Source: an uncultured Actinomycetota bacterium (GTDB lineage: Bacteria; Actinomycetota; Actinomycetes; Propionibacteriales; Nocardioidaceae). Taken from it: 64,000 nucleotides of DNA. A model generated the notes under the pieces. It did no database searches. It saw nothing but the letters and a program-made list of their open reading frames with translations, and had not been told where the DNA came from. Both the position numbers and the translations under genes were made by a program. The stretch lies in NCBI GenBank assembly GCA_963839625.1, contig CAWIWE010000021.1, positions 2,249 through 66,248 of the forward strand, written 5' to 3'. Shown here piece by piece: positions 37,963 through 47,720 of this stretch (within the stretch, counting starts at the first letter, position 1; each line of letters opens with the position of its first letter).

Positions 37963-37974
37963 TCCTCGGCAGGA

Positions 37975-39672
37975 TCAGTCGGTGAGCGTGCTGGCCGGGA
38001 GCTCGAACCAGCGGAGCTGGTCGAAGTCGTCGGTGAGGTGGCCGATCTCGGAGAAGTCCGGTGTCGTGGCGTCCGCCATGATCCGGCGCGCCTCGGCCAT
38101 GTAGGTGGCGAGCACCGACACCGGAGCGGTGGTGTCGTGGTGCGGGTAGTCCATACCGCCGGCGTCGTCGTATGACACGTCGTGGAGGCGCATCGGTGGC
38201 TCGACCGCACCGCCGCGATGGCGCCACAAGCCGGTCTGGGGCTCGAAGCGGTAGTCACCGAGCAGCCGCCAGCCTTCGCGGGACACCAGGCGGACCGCCT
38301 CCACGATGTACTCGAACACCTCGTCGTCGATGAAGTAGTTGAAGTTGACCCGCACCCATCCGGGCTTGATGCCCTCGCACCCGGTCGCGATCTGGCGTTC
38401 GAACGCGTGGCTGCGGTCGAGGTCGATGCCCAGCAGCCGGTGGCCGTACGGACCGGCGCAGGAGCAGCCGCCACGCGTCTGGATGCCGAAGAGGTCGTTG
38501 AGCAGGGCCACCACGAAGTTGTGGTGCAGGTAGTCGCCGCTGGGCGCCCGGATGACGAACGACACGATCGACAGGCGCCGCGCCTCGAGGTTGCCGAGGA
38601 TCTGGATGGTCGGCTCCTGCTGCCAGGCGTCCACCGCCCGGCGCAACAAATCGCTCTCGTGCTCCTCGATCGTGTCGACGCCCACCGCCTCCTTGAGCTG
38701 GAAGACCAGCCCAGCGCGGATCGACTCGACGATGCCCGGGGTGCCGCCCTCCTCGCGGTGCTCGGCGTCACTGAGGTAGCGGTGCTCGGTGGGATTGACG
38801 TACATGACGGTGCCGCCGCCCGGGACGTCCGGGACGCGGTTGGTGGCGAGCTCGCGGCGTATGACCAGGATCCCCGGCGTCCCGGGACCGCCGATGAACT
38901 TGTGCGGTGACAGGAAGATCGCGTCCTTGTAAGCCAAGGGGTCCTGGTCCTCGGGCGCCGTCATGTTGATCCCCACGTACGGGGCACAGGCGGCGAAGTC
39001 CCAGAACGACAGGGCGCCGTGGCGGTGCAGCAGGGCGGCGATGCCGAAGGTGTCGGTGACGATGCCGGTCACGTTGCTGGCGGCCGAGAACGACCCGATC
39101 TTGAGCGGCCGGTCGGCGTAGCGTTCGAGCTCCGCGGCGAGCTGGGCCTGGTCGATGTGGCCGTCGGCGTCCTCGTGGATCGTGACGACGTCGGCGATCG
39201 ACTCGCGCCAGGGCAGCTCGTTGGAGTGGTGCTCGAAGGGTCCGGTGAAGACGACCGGCCGTTCATCCGGCGGGATCTGCGACATCAGGTCGTAGCGGTC
39301 GTCGAGCTCTGCTGGAATCCGCAGGCCGAGGATGCCGATCAGCCGGTCGATGGCGCCCGTGCTGCCGGAGCCGGCGAAGATCACGGCCGTCGACTCGTCA
39401 CCGTGCACGTGGTGGTGGATGAGCTTGCGGGCGTCCTCGCGCAGCCGAGTGGTCTGGAGCCCGGTGCCGCTGGCCTCGGTGTGGGTGTTCGCGTACCGCG
39501 GCAGTACCTCGTGGCGGATGAAGTCCTCGATGAACCCCAGACTGCGCCCCGATGCCGTGTAGTCGGCGTACGTCACGCGGCGCGGCCCGTACGGTCCCGG
39601 CATCACCTGGTCGTCGCCGATGACGGCCGCGCGGATCCGTTCCAGCAGCGGTGAGCTCGTCGGGGTGGACAC
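37975..39672 (-). CDS. Class V PLP-dependent enzyme (cysteine desulfurase-like)
   Basis: YADYTASG, EHHSNELPW, ASNVTG, SPHKFIGG, RGGCSCAGPY; TACAGT 6 nt before GTG. Confidence 0.88.
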   Translation of the reverse strand: MSTPTSSPLLERIRAAVIGDDQVMPGPYGPRRVTYADYTASGRSLGFIEDFIRHEVLPRYANTHTEASGTGLQTTRLREDARKLIHHHVHGDESTAVIFAGSGSTGAIDRLIGILGLRIPAELDDRYDLMSQIPPDERPVVFTGPFEHHSNELPWRESIADVVTIHEDADGHIDQAQLAAELERYADRPLKIGSFSAASNVTGIVTDTFGIAALLHRHGALSFWDFAACAPYVGINMTAPEDQDPLAYKDAIFLSPHKFIGGPGTPGILVIRRELATNRVPDVPGGGTVMYVNPTEHRYLSDAEHREEGGTPGIVESIRAGLVFQLKEAVGVDTIEEHESDLLRRAVDAWQQEPTIQILGNLEARRLSIVSFVIRAPSGDYLHHNFVVALLNDLFGIQTRGGCSCAGPYGHRLLGIDLDRSHAFERQIATGCEGIKPGWVRVNFNYFIDDEVFEYIVEAVRLVSREGWRLLGDYRFEPQTGLWRHRGGAVEPPMRLHDVSYDDAGGMDYPHHDTTAPVSVLATYMAEARRIMADATTPDFSEIGHLTDDFDQLRWFELPASTLTD

Positions 39673-39726
39673 TCGGCCACTGTAAGTCAGGAATGGTGCC
39701 AGATGAGACGTCCGGGACGACCGGCG

Positions 39727-40083
39727 TCAATCGCTGGTGGTGCCGGCGTCGTACGCGGCCGACACCTTCTTCGGGACGCACATCCGCCAGGCGTCGACCA
39801 CCAGCTCCTCGAGCTCGTCGACGTCGATCTCGGCGAGGCGCAGCCGCACCCACTGGTAGCGCAGGTCGGAGTCGGACGGCATCAGGAACGTGGTGGGGTT
39901 CGATGCCACGAGCGCCTCGCGCTCCTCGCGGGGGAAGCCGAAGCCGAGCAGCGACTCATCAGGCGAGACGGCCGCGAACACGATGCTGCCGACACGGAAT
40001 TTCACGGAGTCGCGCACCATCGCCTCGTAGGCGCGCGGAAGCTCGAGGGCGATGCGCCGCACATCGTCGAGCCCGGCCGCCAA
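39727..40083 (-). CDS. MmcQ/YjbR-family protein
   Basis: DVRRIALELP, KFRVG, WV...LEELVVDAWRM; start uncertain. Confidence 0.8.
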   Translation of the reverse strand: MAAGLDDVRRIALELPRAYEAMVRDSVKFRVGSIVFAAVSPDESLLGFGFPREEREALVASNPTTFLMPSDSDLRYQWVRLRLAEIDVDELEELVVDAWRMCVPKKVSAAYDAGTTSD

Positions 40084-40085
40084 GG

Positions 40086-40415
40086 TCAGGGCCGGTCGGT
40101 CTGTCGCGCTGCGTCGAGGAGCGGATCGGCGGCCGGCTGATCGACGGGGGGCGCGGCCGGCTCGGAGGAGTCGTCGCCCTTGATCTTTTCGGCCACCTTC
40201 GATCCGGCCGTGGACGCGGCGTCGGTGACCTTGGTGCCGGCGGCGGAGGCGGCGTGCTTGGCCACCCCTTCGGCCTCGTGCACCCCGTGCTGGACGGGCT
40301 CTGAGTTCCACACCTTCGCGGACTGGCGCTTGATCTGCTCGTAGCGCTCGCGCCCGGCCTTCGTGCCGAGCACGTAGCCGGCAGCGGCGGCGCCGATCAG
40401 CAGCAACTTCTTCAT
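40086..40415 (-). CDS. Small membrane-anchored protein (YtxH-like)
   Basis: MKKLLLIGAAAAGYVLGTKAGRERYEQI. Confidence 0.75.
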   Translation of the reverse strand: MKKLLLIGAAAAGYVLGTKAGRERYEQIKRQSAKVWNSEPVQHGVHEAEGVAKHAASAAGTKVTDAASTAGSKVAEKIKGDDSSEPAAPPVDQPAADPLLDAARQTDRP

Positions 40416-40541
40416 GTGGACCACTTCCTGAGTGCCTGTCGATGTCTCTTTCGATCCTCACGCAGATCGCCGACGGTGTCATTTCGAAAGCCGCCACCTC
40501 CCAGGGTCAGGAGGTGGCGGCTGCCGAGTTGAGCCGATGGC

Positions 40542-41042
40542 TCACGACCGGACCTGCTCGTCCGCCATGACGTACCTGGCGCCCAACGCCTTCGCGGCCA
40601 CGACGGCGGCCGCCGCTGCGAGGATGACGTCCTTGAGCACGTACTGGGCTTCCAGGGTGGGGAAGAACCCCGGGAACATGTCCGCCGGGAACAGCACGAC
40701 CGGCGTCATGATGCCGACCAGCCATCCGGCCATCGCGACGAGCCCGACGCGCAGGCCGATACCGGTCAGCAGCGTGAACCCGATGAACGTCTCCAGGACG
40801 GCCGTCGCCACGACGGCGACAGTGCCAGAGACCAGGCCCAGCGTCAGCACGTCGGTGGTACGCATGACGAGGTCTTCGGCGGGAGAGGCACCCGGAATGA
40901 ACTTCAGTGCCCCGAACCCGAGGATCACCAGACCGAGGCTGATCCGTAGCGCGGTGATGCTGTGGGCCGTGAGCCAGACAGCGACCACGGTGGTGGGTGG
41001 AACCTGCCGCGTGGGGCGGCGGTCCGTGGTGATGGTTGACAT
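40542..41042 (-). CDS. DoxX-family membrane protein
   Basis: ALRISLG..GALKF, LE..IG, QYVLKD; about four TMs. Confidence 0.8.
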   Translation of the reverse strand: MSTITTDRRPTRQVPPTTVVAVWLTAHSITALRISLGLVILGFGALKFIPGASPAEDLVMRTTDVLTLGLVSGTVAVVATAVLETFIGFTLLTGIGLRVGLVAMAGWLVGIMTPVVLFPADMFPGFFPTLEAQYVLKDVILAAAAAVVAAKALGARYVMADEQVRS

Positions 41043-41204
41043 GTGACTTCTCTTTTCGGTCCCGAGCCCCGTGTTGAGCTCATGAACCGACCCTGTCCGG
41101 AACGCGCTTCGCGATCGTCCGGCCAGGGGCGACACTTCACCTGCCGTGCTGGTGGGCCTTCGACCGGGACATGTACGCGTCCGGGTGTAGCCGCGAGTAC
41201 GCCG

Positions 41205-42074
41205 CTACGCCTTTTCGAGCACCTCGCGCAGCTTGGCCGCGAACGCCTCCGGCTCGCCGGCGTAGCCGAACTCGCCGCCCATGAATCCGCCGTGGTGGCT
41301 GGGGAAGACGACCGCCTCCTGGCCCAGCGCCTCGGCGGTCGCCACCGCCGTGCGTCCGGTGAAGACGCCATCGGACTCGATGCCGACGGCGACCACGATG
41401 CGGGTGGGCGCGGCCTTGAGCGCCTCGATGTCGAGGGGGTAGTCCGTGATGGCATTCGAGACGTCGGAGAGGAGCGGGTCGCCACGGGACCCGTCGTCGT
41501 CGGCCGGCATGCCGAACTGGGCCGGATCGGGTGGTGGCTGGGCGAGGTACTCGTCGGTGAACTCGCCCTGCCAGGACGACATGGCGATGAACGCGGCCAT
41601 CCCGGCTCCTGAGCCCTTGGCCGCGTAGACGTCCTGGAACCCTCGTTGTGCGGCGCGGGCCTGGTCGGCGTCGGGGAGCACGTCGATCAACGGCGGCTCG
41701 TGCGCGACGAGCGTGGTGACGTCGCCGGGGTGGGCGGTGACCAGGGCGAAGGCGGTGACCGCTCCGCCGCTGCTCGCGAACAGCTCGACCGGTCCGGCGT
41801 CGAGCGCGGCGATGACGGCATGGACGTCCTCGGCCTGCACCTCGGGGTCGTTGTCGGTGCGGTCGTCGCTCCGGGTGCTGCGACCGAGGCCGCGCGGGTC
41901 GTACGTGACGACCGTGCGATCCGTGAAGTGCGACTTGAGAGCGCCGAACCCACTGGCGTCCATCGGCTGACCGATCATCATCAGCGGTGGGCGGCCGTCC
42001 CCGGGCGGCAGCGACCCGTGGACGTCGTAGGCCACGGAAGCTCCGGGCACGTCGAGAGTGTGGTTGGTCGTCAT
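41205..42074 (-). CDS. Alpha/beta hydrolase
   Basis: YDPRGLGRS, nucleophile elbow ASSGG, VAHEPP, FPSHHGG. Confidence 0.85.
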   Translation of the reverse strand: MTTNHTLDVPGASVAYDVHGSLPPGDGRPPLMMIGQPMDASGFGALKSHFTDRTVVTYDPRGLGRSTRSDDRTDNDPEVQAEDVHAVIAALDAGPVELFASSGGAVTAFALVTAHPGDVTTLVAHEPPLIDVLPDADQARAAQRGFQDVYAAKGSGAGMAAFIAMSSWQGEFTDEYLAQPPPDPAQFGMPADDDGSRGDPLLSDVSNAITDYPLDIEALKAAPTRIVVAVGIESDGVFTGRTAVATAEALGQEAVVFPSHHGGFMGGEFGYAGEPEAFAAKLREVLEKA

Positions 42075-42085
42075 GTCTTCCCCGA

Positions 42086-43294
42086 TCAGGTGGCTTGATC
42101 ACGAAGATAGCGACCGAAGTGGGGCACCGTGAAGGCGATGCGGCCACGCTCGCCGGAGTAGATCAAGCCCTTCTTCATCAGGGTGTCGCGGGCGGGTGAG
42201 AGCGACTGGGGCTTGCGGCCGAGCAGGGCGGCGACGGCTGCGGTGGGGACTGAGTCCGCGTCCTCGTGCTGCTCGGCGGCGTCGGCCATCGCCCTCAGGT
42301 ACTCGCGCTCACCGGGCGTCGCGCGGTCGTAGCGAGAGCCGAAGAACCCCACGGCGAGCTCGTTCTGGGCCGCGGGGGCTGCTACGGCGACGTCGTCGGC
42401 GGTGACCGGGCTGCGCGGCGCGAGCTCCCACACCTCCTTGCCGTACGCCTGGATGAAGTACGGGTACCCGCCGGTGGCGTCGAACATCGCCTCGAGCGCG
42501 TCCGGGGTGAACTCGGCGCCCTCCTCCTTGGCCGGAGCGCTGAGGGCGCGGTCGGCGGCGGTGCGGTCGAGGCGGTCGATGCGCTGGTAGTGGAACAGCC
42601 GCTCGCTGTACGACTTGCTGGCCGACAGCACCGACGGCAGGTGCGGCAGTCCTGCGCCCACGACGATGACCGGCAGCGACGCCTGGCTGATTTCGTGGCA
42701 GGCGGCGCACAGCGCGGAGACGTCGTCGGGTCCGAGGTCCTGCATCTCGTCGATGAAGATCGCGACGCCCTTGCCGATGTCGCCCGCAAGCCCACCGACG
42801 TCACTGAGCAGCTCGACCAGGTCGATCTCGATGTCGCCGGAGTCGGCCCGGCCGCGTACCGCCGGTGCGTCGATGCCCGGGTTCCAGCGGTCGCGCAGCT
42901 TGGCGTCCGGGCCGGCGTCGCGCTGGGCGAAGGACTTGATGACGCCGAGCACGTGGGTGGCGTCGTCGAGCTGCGCTGGTCGAGATTGGGGGTGGCCGAG
43001 CTCGCGGATGGCAGTGTGTGCGGCCGAGCTGAGTGGGCGGCGCAGACCCTGGTCGGGGCGGGCCTCGAGCTTGCCGGTGCCCCAGCCGGCACGCACCGCC
43101 GACGATCGCAGGGCGTTGAGCAGCACGGTCTTGCCCACCCCGCGGAGCCCGGTGAGGATCAGCGACCGTTCGGGACGGCGCTTGGCAACGCGCTCGAGCA
43201 CGATCTCGAAGGCGTGCAGCTGTTCGTCGCGTCCTGCCAGCTCGGGTGGGCGTTGGCCGGCACCGGGGGCGTACGGGTTGCGGATCGGGTCCAT
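42086..43294 (-). CDS. AAA-family ATP-binding protein with C-terminal wHTH
   Basis: NPYAPGAG, GLRGVGKT, FIDEMQ, GYPYFIQ; TACGCT 6 nt before ATG. Confidence 0.85.
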   Translation of the reverse strand: MDPIRNPYAPGAGQRPPELAGRDEQLHAFEIVLERVAKRRPERSLILTGLRGVGKTVLLNALRSSAVRAGWGTGKLEARPDQGLRRPLSSAAHTAIRELGHPQSRPAQLDDATHVLGVIKSFAQRDAGPDAKLRDRWNPGIDAPAVRGRADSGDIEIDLVELLSDVGGLAGDIGKGVAIFIDEMQDLGPDDVSALCAACHEISQASLPVIVVGAGLPHLPSVLSASKSYSERLFHYQRIDRLDRTAADRALSAPAKEEGAEFTPDALEAMFDATGGYPYFIQAYGKEVWELAPRSPVTADDVAVAAPAAQNELAVGFFGSRYDRATPGEREYLRAMADAAEQHEDADSVPTAAVAALLGRKPQSLSPARDTLMKKGLIYSGERGRIAFTVPHFGRYLRDQAT

Positions 43295-43315
43295 TCTCGC
43301 AGCGTATGACGCCGT

Positions 43316-44521
43316 CTAGCGGATTCCGGATATTTCCCGATACATGCCGATCGTGTCGCAACCGTGTACCTGTTCGGCCGCCATGTGGCGTCCCGAGGGC
43401 AAGCGCCAGCTCGGACGACCGCTCACCTCGTGTTCGGCGGTGACGATGCCAACGGTTTTCATGCGGTGATGTCGGCGGCAGAGTGACCACATGTTCTGGC
43501 CGTTGGTGGGTCCGTGCGGCCACGGTGTCCGGTGATCCTTGTCGCAGCGGTCGGCTGGGCGCGTGCAAGTGGGGAACTGGCAGACGCCGTCGCGGACGTT
43601 GAGTGCGAAGGCGAGCTCGCCAGTCGCAAACCGGCCGAGCCTGGTGACGTCCAGGACCCGGCCGAGTGGGTCGGTGACGACGCGGTGGAACACCGTCCCG
43701 GGCCGGGCGGCCAGGTCGCGGATCGTCTCGGCTGACAGGCAGAACCTGCCGTCCAGGCTGGTGCCCGGCTCATTCGAGAGGCCTGCAATGGAGGTAACCG
43801 GGACGGTGAGGGCCAGCTGGACCTGGGTCGCTGGTTCGCCATCGACGTTGGTGAGGAGCCGCCGGGTGATCTCGTCGGCCATGTACTGATCGCTGGTGCG
43901 GCCGTCATCTGAGGACTTGGACGTCAGCGTCTCGCCGAGCATCGTGTCGATCGCCGCAGCTTGGTGCGTCGGCAGGAGCGCCCAGAGCTCAGAGACCCCG
44001 TCATCGCCGTGCGCGATGCGAACTCTCCGTTCCTCCAGGCGGGCGCGGGTGCGATCAGACAGCCCGTCGGGTTCCAACCGCGCGACGAGCCGCTTCAACC
44101 ACGACCGCAGCTCGGCCGGCGTGTGCGAAGTTGCGTAGTCGGCCACCTTCGCGTCGACGGCGTCGTGGGACGTGGGGTGACGGAGGGTGCCGAGAGCGCC
44201 ACTGATGATCTGGATGCGGTAGGCATCGATGCTGCCGTCGAGGAACGCCCTCCACGCCGACGGAGCCCGACCGCGCACCTCTCGTGCCTGGTGCAGACGG
44301 TTCTGCACGACGGTGACGCTCAGCTGCAGCTCGATGGCCAGCTCGTCAGCGATCGAGGAAAGCTCGAGGTCGTGGTGCGGCGAGGGACCGGCGGCTTCGT
44401 ACTCGGCACGACGAGCGTCGGCGAACTCAAGCATCGCCACCGTCGTCTGCGCCTCCGCCCGGGCTTGCTCGCGGGCACGTACACCGACCCGATCGAGCAG
44501 CTGGTCGGTCCGCGAAGTCAT
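43316..44521 (-). CDS. DUF222-HNH endonuclease (13E12 repeat-like)
   Basis: Helical N-terminal domain; RDGVCQFPTC...DH..PW..GPT...N...LCRRHH..K. Confidence 0.88.
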   Translation of the reverse strand: MTSRTDQLLDRVGVRAREQARAEAQTTVAMLEFADARRAEYEAAGPSPHHDLELSSIADELAIELQLSVTVVQNRLHQAREVRGRAPSAWRAFLDGSIDAYRIQIISGALGTLRHPTSHDAVDAKVADYATSHTPAELRSWLKRLVARLEPDGLSDRTRARLEERRVRIAHGDDGVSELWALLPTHQAAAIDTMLGETLTSKSSDDGRTSDQYMADEITRRLLTNVDGEPATQVQLALTVPVTSIAGLSNEPGTSLDGRFCLSAETIRDLAARPGTVFHRVVTDPLGRVLDVTRLGRFATGELAFALNVRDGVCQFPTCTRPADRCDKDHRTPWPHGPTNGQNMWSLCRRHHRMKTVGIVTAEHEVSGRPSWRLPSGRHMAAEQVHGCDTIGMYREISGIR

Positions 44522-44572
44522 GCCTCGAATCTACGGAGATCCGGCCCTGAAATCGTCCCCTGACCAGCATGT

Positions 44573-44608
44573 TGTGGAAAGGCCACGACCTCGACGGCCT
44601 GTGGACAA
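44573..44608. promoter_or_regulatory. Two DnaA-box-like 9-mers upstream of the DUF222-HNH gene
   Basis: TGTGGAAAG 44573-44581 and perfect TGTGGACAA 44600-44608. Confidence 0.5.
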
Positions 44609-44727
44609 CAGGCCTACAGGATCGGCAGCTCCGCAGCCTTAGCCACCGAACGTGGTCAGTCTTGCACCTTGAGTGCAACACTGCCGCGTCATAGTGGGCG
44701 GTATGACGTGTCGCGACCGGCCTGACG

Positions 44728-45747
44728 TCAGCGCCAGCCGAGCTCCGGCGCGACGTACCTGACGATGCTGTCCAGCAGGTGCGCGTTGTAGTCGACGCCG
44801 AGCTGGTTCGGGATCGTCAGCAGCAGCGTGTCCGCGGCGGCGATGGCCTCGTCCTCGGCGAGGTCCTTGACGAGCTGGTCCGGCTCACCGGCGTACGTCT
44901 TGCCGAACCGGGCCGCGCCACCGTCGAGAAACCCGACCTGGTCCTGGCTCCGCGACTCCCCGCCGAAGTACGCGCGGTCGGTGCTGTTGACGATCGGGAA
45001 GATGCTGCGGCTGACCGACACCCGCGGCTCACGCTCGTGGCCAGCCTCCGCCCACGCATCCCGGAACATCTGGATCTGCTCGGCCTGGAGCTGGTGGAAC
45101 GGCACACCGGTGTCCTCGGTGAGCAGCGTCGAGCTCATCAGGTTCATGCCCTGCTCCCCAGTCCAGACGGCGGTCTTGCGGGTGCCGGCGCCCCACCAGA
45201 TCCGGTCGCGCAGTCCGGGCGACTGCGGCTCGATGCCCAGCAGGCCGGGCGGGTTGGGGAACATCGGCCGCGGGTTGGGCTCGGCGAACCGCTTCCCGTC
45301 GATCACCTCGAGGAACACCCGGGCGTGCTCGCGCGCCATGTCGGCGTGGTCATTGCCCTCGCCAGGGTCGTGGCCGAAGTACTTGTAGCCCTCGATCACC
45401 TGCTCCGGTGACCCCCGGCTGATGCCGAGCTGCAACCTCCCGCCGGCGATCAGGTCCGCGGCGCCGGCGTCCTCGGCCATGTAGAGCGGGTTCTCGTAGC
45501 GCATGTCGATCACGCCGGTACCGAGCTCGATACGACTCGTCCTCGCGCCCGCCGCCGCAAGAAGCGGGAACGGCGAGGCGAGCTGCCGGGCGAAGTGGTG
45601 CACGCGGAAGTAGGCGCCGTCCGCGCCGACCTCCTCGGCCGCGACGGCGAGGTCGATGGACTGCAGCATCACGTCGGACGCCGTCCGCGCCTGCGATTGC
45701 GGGGAGGGATTCCAGTGGCCGAAGGACAGGAAGCCAATCTTCTTCAT
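44728..45747 (-). CDS. Luciferase-like (LLM) flavin-dependent oxidoreductase
   Basis: FRVHHFA, SRIELGTGV, RYENP, GRLQLGISRG. Confidence 0.9.
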   Translation of the reverse strand: MKKIGFLSFGHWNPSPQSQARTASDVMLQSIDLAVAAEEVGADGAYFRVHHFARQLASPFPLLAAAGARTSRIELGTGVIDMRYENPLYMAEDAGAADLIAGGRLQLGISRGSPEQVIEGYKYFGHDPGEGNDHADMAREHARVFLEVIDGKRFAEPNPRPMFPNPPGLLGIEPQSPGLRDRIWWGAGTRKTAVWTGEQGMNLMSSTLLTEDTGVPFHQLQAEQIQMFRDAWAEAGHEREPRVSVSRSIFPIVNSTDRAYFGGESRSQDQVGFLDGGAARFGKTYAGEPDQLVKDLAEDEAIAAADTLLLTIPNQLGVDYNAHLLDSIVRYVAPELGWR

Positions 45748-45755
45748 GTCTCAAC

Positions 45756-45781
45756 AACCGATATCGGCGGCACCCTGTTCC
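45756..45781 (-). promoter_or_regulatory. SigR/SigH-type promoter of the LLM gene
   Basis: GGAAC-N18-GTT on the minus strand, 8 nt before the ATG. Confidence 0.7.
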
Positions 45782-45879
45782 CGCAGCTCACGAGACGTGA
45801 GTCTCGCACGACAGAAACCGAAGTGCGGGCGTCGAACATCTGGCCAAGAATCGAAGGCCCCCGTCAGTGAAGGAAACGT

Positions 45880-46830
45880 ATGTGCCGAGTTCTCGCCTAT
45901 ATCGGGCCGGAAATTCCTGTGGAGAACCTGCTGCTCAAGCCGGGCAACAGCCTCATCAACCAAAGCCTCGACCCAGAGCGTCATCCGGAGCTTCAGCTGG
46001 CAGGGTGGGGATTCGGGCTCTGGGGCGAGCATCTGCTGACACCAGAGGAACCTTTCGTCTACCGCCGACCCATGCCTGCCTTCTATGACGACAATGCCGG
46101 CGGAATCATTCCGAGTCTGCAGGCCAGCACGCTGCTTGCTCATGTGAGAGCAGCCGCCTACAACTCAAGCGTCGTCATGGCCGACGAGAACTGCCATCCG
46201 TACTCCTTCTCGGAGACACCCTGGATCGTTGCCCAGAACGGTGACCTGCCGAACTGGAAGCTGTTGCAGAAGGAGCTGCTCCAGCACTGCAAGGACAAGT
46301 ACCTGGAGCAGATGCAGGGCAACACGGACACAGAATTTCTTTACGTGCTCCTGCTCTCCCTGCTCGAGAGCGACGGCGACGAGGACGTTCAACGCGGGTT
46401 CGAAGAGATGTTGAGGCTCATCGTCCAGGCGATGGAGAAGCTCGATCTCGTCGCACTGACCAAGTTGAAGATGGCGCTGGTCGCTCCGAACCGCATCATC
46501 GGCGTGAACTTCGGCTTGGGTCGCCAGGGCGAAACCGATCCGGCCGGGGACTGGAGAGAGCTGCGGAAATCCGGCCCGGGTACGGACGACTTTGTGCTCT
46601 CCATGCTCCTGGAGCCGATGTACCTGCTCATGGGTCGCAACTTCGAGAAGGATGAGACCTCATACGACTTCGAGGAATGCACCGAAGAAGATGCGACCGC
46701 CGTCATCTTCGCCTCCGAGCCCCTGACTGAAGGCACCGACGACTGGTCGACGCTGGAATTCGGCGACATCGTGTTCCTCGAGAGGAAGGGCGAGAAGATC
46801 ACGAGAAGCGTCAGCACCTTGAAGGTGTAG
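45880..46830 (+). CDS. Class II glutamine amidotransferase (Ntn, EgtC/YafJ-like)
   Basis: MCR N-terminus, GWG, LAHVRAA, NCHPY, QNG, GNTDTE, FASEPL; AAGGA RBS. Confidence 0.88.
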   Translation: MCRVLAYIGPEIPVENLLLKPGNSLINQSLDPERHPELQLAGWGFGLWGEHLLTPEEPFVYRRPMPAFYDDNAGGIIPSLQASTLLAHVRAAAYNSSVVMADENCHPYSFSETPWIVAQNGDLPNWKLLQKELLQHCKDKYLEQMQGNTDTEFLYVLLLSLLESDGDEDVQRGFEEMLRLIVQAMEKLDLVALTKLKMALVAPNRIIGVNFGLGRQGETDPAGDWRELRKSGPGTDDFVLSMLLEPMYLLMGRNFEKDETSYDFEECTEEDATAVIFASEPLTEGTDDWSTLEFGDIVFLERKGEKITRSVSTLKV

Positions 46831-46844
46831 GCGCGCAAGAAGGG

Positions 46845-47720
46845 TCAGTCGCTGGCCGGGGGACGCATCGCCCAGCGGATGGCCGACGTGACGAGCTTGC
46901 CGCTCGCCCGCACCGCAGTGGCCTCGGTGACCGGCATGTACGGGAGCCGAAGGGCGAGGCGGCTCCACCGGGGCATCATCCCGACGGCGGCGGCCGAGAG
47001 CATCGAGTACGGCAGGCGCAGAGCGAGTGGCACCGGTGGGTGCACGAGGATGAAGCGCGCGGCCTGGCGGGCAGCGGCCGTCGATGCCAGCTCGGGCCGG
47101 TAGCCGGCCATCACCTCGTCGAGCTCGGCGACGCTCTCGGGCAGGTCGGTGGCGCCGAGTGCCCGCGCCACCACGGCGGACTGGGCGACGTACTCGTCGC
47201 GTCCCGCCGCATCGAGCGGCTTGGCGCCGTAGCGGTCGTGGGCGCGCAGGAAGCTGTCGATCTCGGCGATGTGCACCCAGCGCAGCAGGTGCGGGTCGGA
47301 TGCGGCGTACGGGCGCCCGTCGGGTGTCGTGCCGGTGATGCGGGTGTGCACGGCCCGCACGATGCTGACGGCGCGGTCCGCGTCCTCGATCGTGCCGAAC
47401 GTCGTCTCCGCCAGGAACGTGCTGGTGCGTTGCAGGCGTCCCCACGGGTCGCCGCGGTAGCCGGAGTGCTGGTCGACGGCCGCCATCGCCAGCGGGTGCA
47501 GTGACTGGAGCAGCAGCGCCCGGATGCCGCCCGCGAACATGGACGCGTCGCCGTGCACGACGCAGATCGCGTCCTCCTGCGAGAACCGGCGGGGGCCGTC
47601 CGCGAAGAGGATGCGTTCACGTCGCCGCGGGCCTTCGTCGCCGGCGATGCGGGCGAAGATCACCGCCCCCATGCGGCCGCGCAGCGCCTCTGCGGGTCTG
47701 GTGAGGCTGCGCTCGGTCAT
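46845..47720 (-). CDS. MpaB/DUF2236-family oxygenase-like protein
   Basis: ALLLQSLHP, DPWGRLQRT, VRAVH, YAASDPHLLRWVH; TACTCT 6 nt before ATG. Confidence 0.88.
   Translation of the reverse strand: MTERSLTRPAEALRGRMGAVIFARIAGDEGPRRRERILFADGPRRFSQEDAICVVHGDASMFAGGIRALLLQSLHPLAMAAVDQHSGYRGDPWGRLQRTSTFLAETTFGTIEDADRAVSIVRAVHTRITGTTPDGRPYAASDPHLLRWVHIAEIDSFLRAHDRYGAKPLDAAGRDEYVAQSAVVARALGATDLPESVAELDEVMAGYRPELASTAAARQAARFILVHPPVPLALRLPYSMLSAAAVGMMPRWSRLALRLPYMPVTEATAVRASGKLVTSAIRWAMRPPASD

Noticed and set aside
42086..44521. ATPase plus HNH pair as a Septu-like anti-phage system
   Set aside because: The HNH is of the DUF222 dispersed type, each gene has its own leaderless promoter signature, and the ATPase lacks ABC-type PtuA features
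44662..44678. CIRCE or HAIR heat-shock operator
   Set aside because: Spacing does not fit CIRCE (N9) and only one HAIR half-site is present; no chaperone gene adjacent
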